Part shown: in pieces, positions 59,182-64,000 of the stretch
Layout: every line of letters begins with the position of its first letter
Numbering within the stretch: position 1 is the first letter of the stretch
DNA from: Myxococcales bacterium
GTDB lineage: Bacteria; Myxococcota_A; Polyangia; Polyangiales; DASUME01
Direction: 5' to 3'
DNA: 64,000 nt
Assembly (NCBI GenBank): GCA_047601445.1
Contig: JASGJH010000001.1
Coordinates: forward strand, 6,304,001-6,368,000
The notes under the pieces: model-generated
What the model was told of the DNA's origin: nothing
The model's input: the letters and a program-made list of their open reading frames with translations, nothing else
Database searches by the model: none
Position numbers and translations under genes: made by a program

Positions 59182-60116
59182 CAGCTCACCACCGTAAGAC
59201 GCCTAGGCTGCTTTCCGTAACGATCCGAGAACGGCGCGGGTTCTCCGCGCAGAACACCCTTGAGGAACGCCTCCGCCGCGCGGTAGCTCGAGCGCACGAG
59301 TGGGCCCGCTGCCACGTACTTGAAGCCCATCTCGAGGCCGGCGGCGTGATAGCGCTCGAACTCCGCGGGCTCCACGTAGCGCACGAGCGGGGCGTGCTTC
59401 TCGGTGGGCCGTAGGTATTGGCCGATGGTCAGCACGTCGACGTCGGCCTCGCGCAAGCGCTGCATCGCCTCGAGCATCTCCTCTTCCGTCTCGCCGCAGC
59501 CCACCATCAGCGAGGTCTTGGTGACCTGGGCGCCGAAGTCGCGGGCCCAGCGCAACACCGAGACCGAACGTTCCCAGCTGCATCGCGCGTCGCGCATGGT
59601 CCTTTGCAAGCGCGGTACCACCTCGACGTTGTGCGCAAACACATCCGGCTGGCCGTCTTGCACCACCGTGCGCACGTCGTCGGCGACGCCCGCGAAGTCT
59701 CCGACCAGCGTCTCGATCAAGAGCTCGGGCGAGAGCTCCTTGCTGCGGCGCACCGTGCGCGCCACGTGCGCGGCGCCGCCGTCGAGTAGATCGTCGCGAT
59801 CGACCATGGTGAGGACGACATAGGAGAGCCGCATTTGCGAGAGCGCGCGCGCCGTGTTCTCGGGCTCGCGTGGATCGGTGGCGCCTCGTGGATCGCCCGT
59901 GTTCACGGCGCAGAAGCGACAACCTCGCGTGCAGGTCTCGCCCAAGATCATGATCGTCGCAGTGCCTTCTCTCCAGCACTCCCCGATGTTGGGGCAACGC
60001 GCTTCTTCGCAGACCGTCTTCAGGTCCAGCTTGCGAAAGCGCGCCTTCAGATCCTGGTACTGCTCACCGCCAGGCATCCGGACACGCAGCCAGTCAGGTT
60101 TCCTTTGCCGATCCAT
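59181..60116 (-). CDS. lipA: Lipoyl synthase
   Basis: RKPDWL, CEEARCPNIGEC, CTRGCRFC, VRSSY. Confidence 0.97.
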   Translation of the reverse strand: MDRQRKPDWLRVRMPGGEQYQDLKARFRKLDLKTVCEEARCPNIGECWREGTATIMILGETCTRGCRFCAVNTGDPRGATDPREPENTARALSQMRLSYVVLTMVDRDDLLDGGAAHVARTVRRSKELSPELLIETLVGDFAGVADDVRTVVQDGQPDVFAHNVEVVPRLQRTMRDARCSWERSVSVLRWARDFGAQVTKTSLMVGCGETEEEMLEAMQRLREADVDVLTIGQYLRPTEKHAPLVRYVEPAEFERYHAAGLEMGFKYVAAGPLVRSSYRAAEAFLKGVLRGEPAPFSDRYGKQPRRLTVVS

Positions 60117-60255
60117 CCGCCGTCGTACCGTTCGAGGGCGCGAGGTGCGCGCTCGCCAAAATTCAACACGCCAGGTGCTGGGCTCTTCCCCGTTTTTTCC
60201 TGAGCTCCTTGTGATCTCTCACGTTTTCGTCCTGTGCGCCACGTGACGCACGGGG

Positions 60256-61353
60256 ATGAGCGCCGCTCGTTCCATGCTATCTCAGATTGCCGTGAACGAG
60301 CTTTTCGAACGCTGGCCGGCGCTGTCGGCCCTCGCGCATGTGCCGCTCGCCGAATTACCCACCCCCGTGGAGGAATTGAGCCAAATCTCGGAGAAAGTGG
60401 ACTCCGGCGTCTGGATCAAACGTGACGACCTGAGCGCTCGCCGTTATGGAGGCAACAAGGTTCGGAAGCTCGAATTCCTGTTGGGGCGCGCCAAAAAGAA
60501 GTCAGCGGACACACTCATCACCGCGGGTGGGGTGGGCAGCCACCATGTCTTCGCCACGGCTTTTTACGGGCGTGAACACGGTTTCGAGACCCACGCGGTA
60601 CTGACGTCTCAGCCGTACCACCCCCAAGTCGAAGACCAGCTCCGGGCCGATCTCGCGGTCGGGGCCCACCTCTATGCGGCCACCAGCGTATCGCACGTGG
60701 TTCGTGAGGTGATTCGCCTGACGGCCAAGCTGCGTCTCCAGGGCCGACGCCCCTACGTGATCCCCATCGGGGGCTCCAACGTCTGGGGCACGCTCGGTCT
60801 GGTGAACGCGGGCCTCGAGCTAGCTACGCAGATTGACGCGGGTTTGTGTCCTGACCCGCAGGCCGTGTACCTGGCCTGCGGCAGCTGCGCGAGCGTCGCG
60901 GGCGTGGCCCTGGGGTTGGCCGCCGGCGGGGTCGACACCACTGTTGTCGCCGTGCGGGCCACCGACCGCTTGCTGGCGAACCCGCTCCAGGTCCGGCACC
61001 TCATCTATCGAGCGGAGCGCGTGCTGCGCGATCTGGAGCCGCGCTTCCCCGAAGTGGCGCGCCGAGCCTTCGCCAGCGTCGTATTCGATCATCGGGAATT
61101 CGGTCGGGGTTACGGGCTCTCCACCCCTGCCAGCGAGGCCGCGCTCCAGCTTGCTGCCAGCTCGGGCATCGAGCTCGATCCGACCTACACGAGCAAGGCC
61201 TTCGCCAGCCTGCTGCGCGACGCAGAGAACGAGCGCCGTGGACAAAAGTTGATGCTCTGGGACACGCTCTCGAGTGCGCCGTTGGCCCCCTTCCTGGCCA
61301 ACGCGCCGGAGGCGCCGGAGCAGTTCGTGCGGCTCCTGACGCTGCAGGACTGA
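60256..61353 (+). CDS. PLP-dependent D-cysteine desulfhydrase/ACC deaminase family protein
   Basis: LPTPV, WIKRDDL, GGNKVRKLEF, SHH, IPIGGS, LDPTYTSKA. Confidence 0.9.
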   Translation: MSAARSMLSQIAVNELFERWPALSALAHVPLAELPTPVEELSQISEKVDSGVWIKRDDLSARRYGGNKVRKLEFLLGRAKKKSADTLITAGGVGSHHVFATAFYGREHGFETHAVLTSQPYHPQVEDQLRADLAVGAHLYAATSVSHVVREVIRLTAKLRLQGRRPYVIPIGGSNVWGTLGLVNAGLELATQIDAGLCPDPQAVYLACGSCASVAGVALGLAAGGVDTTVVAVRATDRLLANPLQVRHLIYRAERVLRDLEPRFPEVARRAFASVVFDHREFGRGYGLSTPASEAALQLAASSGIELDPTYTSKAFASLLRDAENERRGQKLMLWDTLSSAPLAPFLANAPEAPEQFVRLLTLQD

Positions 61354-61582
61354 GTTCGCCCGCGCTGGGCCAGCTCTGCGCGCGCCGCGGCGGCTGCACC
61401 TGCCGCAGGAGAGCCTGCCGAAGCGCCTTCCAGGTGCGCCAAGACGGGTTGAGGCAGCGTTGCTCACCCGTCGCCAAGTTGCACCAGGGCGGGTCGCTTG
61501 CCCGCACCGGCGCCTGTGTCCCAATTTGTGAATGTGCGGTCCTCGACGCTGGCTTGATCCGCGTGTAGATGGGCCTTATCCC

Positions 61583-62446
61583 ATGTCGTCGGCGAACCGT
61601 CTCAGCGCGGCCGAGCCAGGCTCGCACGAAGCTTCCAGCACGTCTCGCTCGCGGTCGGACGCGCCCGCATCGACCTCGGAGTCTCTCCCGCCGCACCTGC
61701 GCTACGACCGGCGCGCCGTGGAGACCTACCTGAGCAGCTATCCGCTCGCGCGGCTCATTCGGACCCGCCTTCATCACGGCGAGCGGCTGCCCAGCGGGCC
61801 CGCGCTGCTGGTCGGCAACCATGGGCCGCTCGCGCTCGACACGGGGCTGCTGATCCAGGCGATTTTTCGAGAGAATGGACGCGTGGTGCGCTGCCTCGGC
61901 GATCGCATCCTGTTCACCAACCCCATCGGCCGCCAAATGGCCCGCAGCGTGGCGGGAGTTGAAGGCAGCCCGGACAACGCCCACGCGCTCTTGACGCACG
62001 GAGAGCAAGTCCTGGTGTACCCGGGCGGGGCGCGGGAGACGGTGCGCGCCGCCAACGAGCGCTATCGGCTGGACTGGGAAGGTCGGCTCGGCTTTGCGCG
62101 CACCGCGCTGCGGGCCGGGGTACCCATCGTGCCGGTAGCGTGCATCGGCAGCGACGACCTGTTCACCCAGCTGGTCGACAGTGAAACCATGCGCAACTCG
62201 CTGCCAGGCCGCGTGGCGAGCCTGTTCCTCAAGCCCGACTACATCCCGCCGCTGTACTTTCCCAAGCTGCGTAGCACCCAGTTTCACTACTTCTTCGGCG
62301 AGCCCATCGCGCTGACCCCAGGCGCCAGCGCGCAAGACGAGGCGGCCGTGACGGAGCTGCGCGATCGCACCAAGGACGCCCTCGAGGCGATGTGTGAACA
62401 CGGTCGAGCAGTGCGTCGTGCCGCCATCGATGGCAGCGAGCGCTGA
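61583..62446 (+). CDS. Lysophospholipid/diacylglycerol acyltransferase family protein
   Basis: VGNHGPLALD, YPGGARE, GFARTAL..GVPIVPV, FGEPI. Confidence 0.9.
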   Translation: MSSANRLSAAEPGSHEASSTSRSRSDAPASTSESLPPHLRYDRRAVETYLSSYPLARLIRTRLHHGERLPSGPALLVGNHGPLALDTGLLIQAIFRENGRVVRCLGDRILFTNPIGRQMARSVAGVEGSPDNAHALLTHGEQVLVYPGGARETVRAANERYRLDWEGRLGFARTALRAGVPIVPVACIGSDDLFTQLVDSETMRNSLPGRVASLFLKPDYIPPLYFPKLRSTQFHYFFGEPIALTPGASAQDEAAVTELRDRTKDALEAMCEHGRAVRRAAIDGSER

Positions 62447-62674
62447 GGCGGGGAGGTCGCGTGACCTCTTCGGTGGAAGTGCAGCGCACTACGTGAGCGC
62501 CGCGAACCTCGCGGTGGGGTGGGCCCCGTCGCGGCTTCGCCGCGCCGGGCGGGGAGGTCGCGTGACCTCTTCGGTGGAAGTGCAGCGCACTACGTGAGCG
62601 CCGCGAACCTCGCGGTGGGGTGGGTCCCGTCGCGGCTTCGCCGCGCCGGGCGGGGAGGTCGCGTGACCTCCCCG
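62447..62674 (-). repeat. Tandem REP/BIME-like array with 101-bp period
   Basis: GGGGAGGTCGCGTGACCTC starts at 62450, 62551 and 62652; the two intervening units differ at one base. Confidence 0.95.
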
Positions 62675-62675
62675 T

Positions 62676-63722
62676 TCAATTGAGCGTCGCGCTCAAGACG
62701 ATGCCGACGTCAGCCCCGTAGACTCGCTGGAGCACACCGAAGAGGCTCGCGTTGGCCGTGTAGAAGTCGCTGCGTAGCGCCGCGCCCATGCCCCAGTCAC
62801 GCTGGCGACCCACCCACCACTCCTTGCCGAGGCTCAGCACCGTGCCCACGCCTGCGTGGCTCTTGAACGAGGTGTGGCCGTTGCGACTCTCCGCGAGTCC
62901 CATCACGCCCGCGCTCCCGCTCACGTACACGTTGGCGGGCATCATGTAATAGGTGACGCCGCCGCCCAGCATCACGGTTCGCGTGTCCACGTGCCAGGCC
63001 ACGTCGCGCTGGCCATCGACTTCGCGCCCGGAGCTGCTCAGGTTGTGGAAGGCGGCCGTGCCGTGAAGGATGACGTTCTCCTTCACGGCGCCGCCGATGG
63101 CGAGCTCGAAGCTGGTGGAGATGCCCAGGGTCTTCACGCTCTGTTCTTCGTTGCTGTAGTAGCGCTCGTGGTAGCGGGTCATGCCGGCCCCGATGCCGGC
63201 CGTCAGGCGCAAGAAGAAGCCCTCGTGTCGCTGCGCACCTGGTCCGGGCAAGCGCGGATCTTCCGGGTAAGCGATGGGCTGACCGTAATCCACGGCGGCG
63301 CGATAGGTGCCATATCTCCCGAACGGCACGTCGGGCGCCACGCGCGGGGTCGGGTAGAGGGCTGCTTCCGATTGGGGACGCGGGCTCGGTGCCGGCGGGG
63401 GCGGTAAGGGAGCTGGGGTCGGATCGGGCGCGGGCGGCGGCGCAGGCGCGGGCCCCGGAGCAGGCGCAGGCGAAGGCGGCGCAGGCGGCGTCGGCCGAGG
63501 TGGCGTCGGTTGGGGCGGCGGCGTGGGGACAGGAGGCTTGGGGGATGGCTCCGGAGGAACGGGCGAGGGCGGCAGGCCCGGCTTGGGCGACTCGATGGGC
63601 TCCTGTTGGGCCAAAGCCGTGGGCCAGGCCAGGCACAGCGCGCAGGTCAGCACACTCAAGCGATGCCAGAGGCGCCGCTGGCGGCCTCCGCACGCGTTCT
63701 TGCTCTGCTGACCCCTAAGCAT
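62676..63722 (-). CDS. Pro-rich secreted protein with C-terminal outer-membrane beta-barrel
   Basis: Signal peptide, long Pro-rich tract, RHEGFFLR, GKEWWV, terminal VLSATLN. Confidence 0.75.
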   Translation of the reverse strand: MLRGQQSKNACGGRQRRLWHRLSVLTCALCLAWPTALAQQEPIESPKPGLPPSPVPPEPSPKPPVPTPPPQPTPPRPTPPAPPSPAPAPGPAPAPPPAPDPTPAPLPPPPAPSPRPQSEAALYPTPRVAPDVPFGRYGTYRAAVDYGQPIAYPEDPRLPGPGAQRHEGFFLRLTAGIGAGMTRYHERYYSNEEQSVKTLGISTSFELAIGGAVKENVILHGTAAFHNLSSSGREVDGQRDVAWHVDTRTVMLGGGVTYYMMPANVYVSGSAGVMGLAESRNGHTSFKSHAGVGTVLSLGKEWWVGRQRDWGMGAALRSDFYTANASLFGVLQRVYGADVGIVLSATLN

Positions 63723-63796
63723 GTTTCACGGGTGCCATGCCCCTCGCCGCCTGGCAACCGCGTCGGCCTGTGCCCAATAGTGCGCCGATCTATCGA

Positions 63797-63887
63797 CGGG
63801 GAGGCACGCGCCTCCCCGTCCAGCGCGGCCAAGCCGCCGGGACCCACCCCACGCGAGGTTCGCTGCGCTCACGAAGTGCCTTGATTC
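63797..63887 (+). repeat. REP/BIME-like element copy
   Basis: GGGGAGGCACGCGCCTCCCC hairpin, then GGGACCCACCCCACGCGAGGTTCGCTGCGCTCACGAAGTGCCTTGATT. Confidence 0.85.
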
Positions 63888-64000
63888 GGGCGTTTTGCGA
63901 GCCGTTGGGCGTGCCCTATAGTGCGACCATCCAACTCATTCGCTGGGGGTGGCGCTCCCCAATCCGTACAACCAACACGCCGCGCTGCCCGTGGGCTGCG

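Noticed and set aside
62447..62674. CRISPR array (palindromic repeat three times at regular spacing)
   Set aside because: The spacers are 82 nt and nearly identical, the unit occurs dispersed elsewhere, and there are no cas genes
63400..63600. G-rich tract as a G-quadruplex or DNA repeat element
   Set aside because: Explained by Pro codons of the minus-strand Pro-rich protein

Overview
GC-rich bacterial chromosomal window. The gene content points to a myxobacterium (Myxococcota, probably Polyangiales/Sandaracinaceae-like); this is an inference from the ECF/anti-sigma cassette, Ser/Thr kinase-AAA-TPR, PP2C, many lipoproteins and sigma54 systems. There are about 55 CDS and no rRNA, tRNA, CRISPR or prophage that I can see. 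Main blocks: a 7TM-DISM histidine kinase with a response regulator; an Rrf2-SDR module; nirBD and a NarK-type transporter on divergent sigma54 promoters; an IS256 remnant; cobQ; a BVMO; a lipid-anchored PETase/cutinase-like hydrolase; a RegB/RegA-like pair; an rRNA-modification cluster with a secreted nuclease inside it; an ECF sigma cassette with a pacifastin-like repeat lipoprotein; an MBL-hydrolase/GAF-sigma54 activator operon; mutY; dipeptidyl-peptidase III; and lipA with a 2-oxoacid dehydrogenase E1a/E1b/E2. Six otherwise intact genes carry single-base frameshifts, five of them in or next to GATC, which suggests methylation-linked long-read errors rather than pseudogenes. Three intergenic repeat families occur: GATGGCN heptamer arrays, a ~100-bp REP/BIME-like mosaic and hexamer inverted repeats. 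Most notable: (1) a possible cyclic-nucleotide feedback module, in which a GAF activator with an NtrC-like recognition helix and a putative phosphodiesterase sit behind a sigma54 promoter with NtrC-type boxes; (2) the PETase-like lipoprotein with a (GD)n stalk; (3) a Cys4 zinc ribbon inserted into a histidine-kinase DHp domain. All calls come from reading motifs by eye; no database searches were run.
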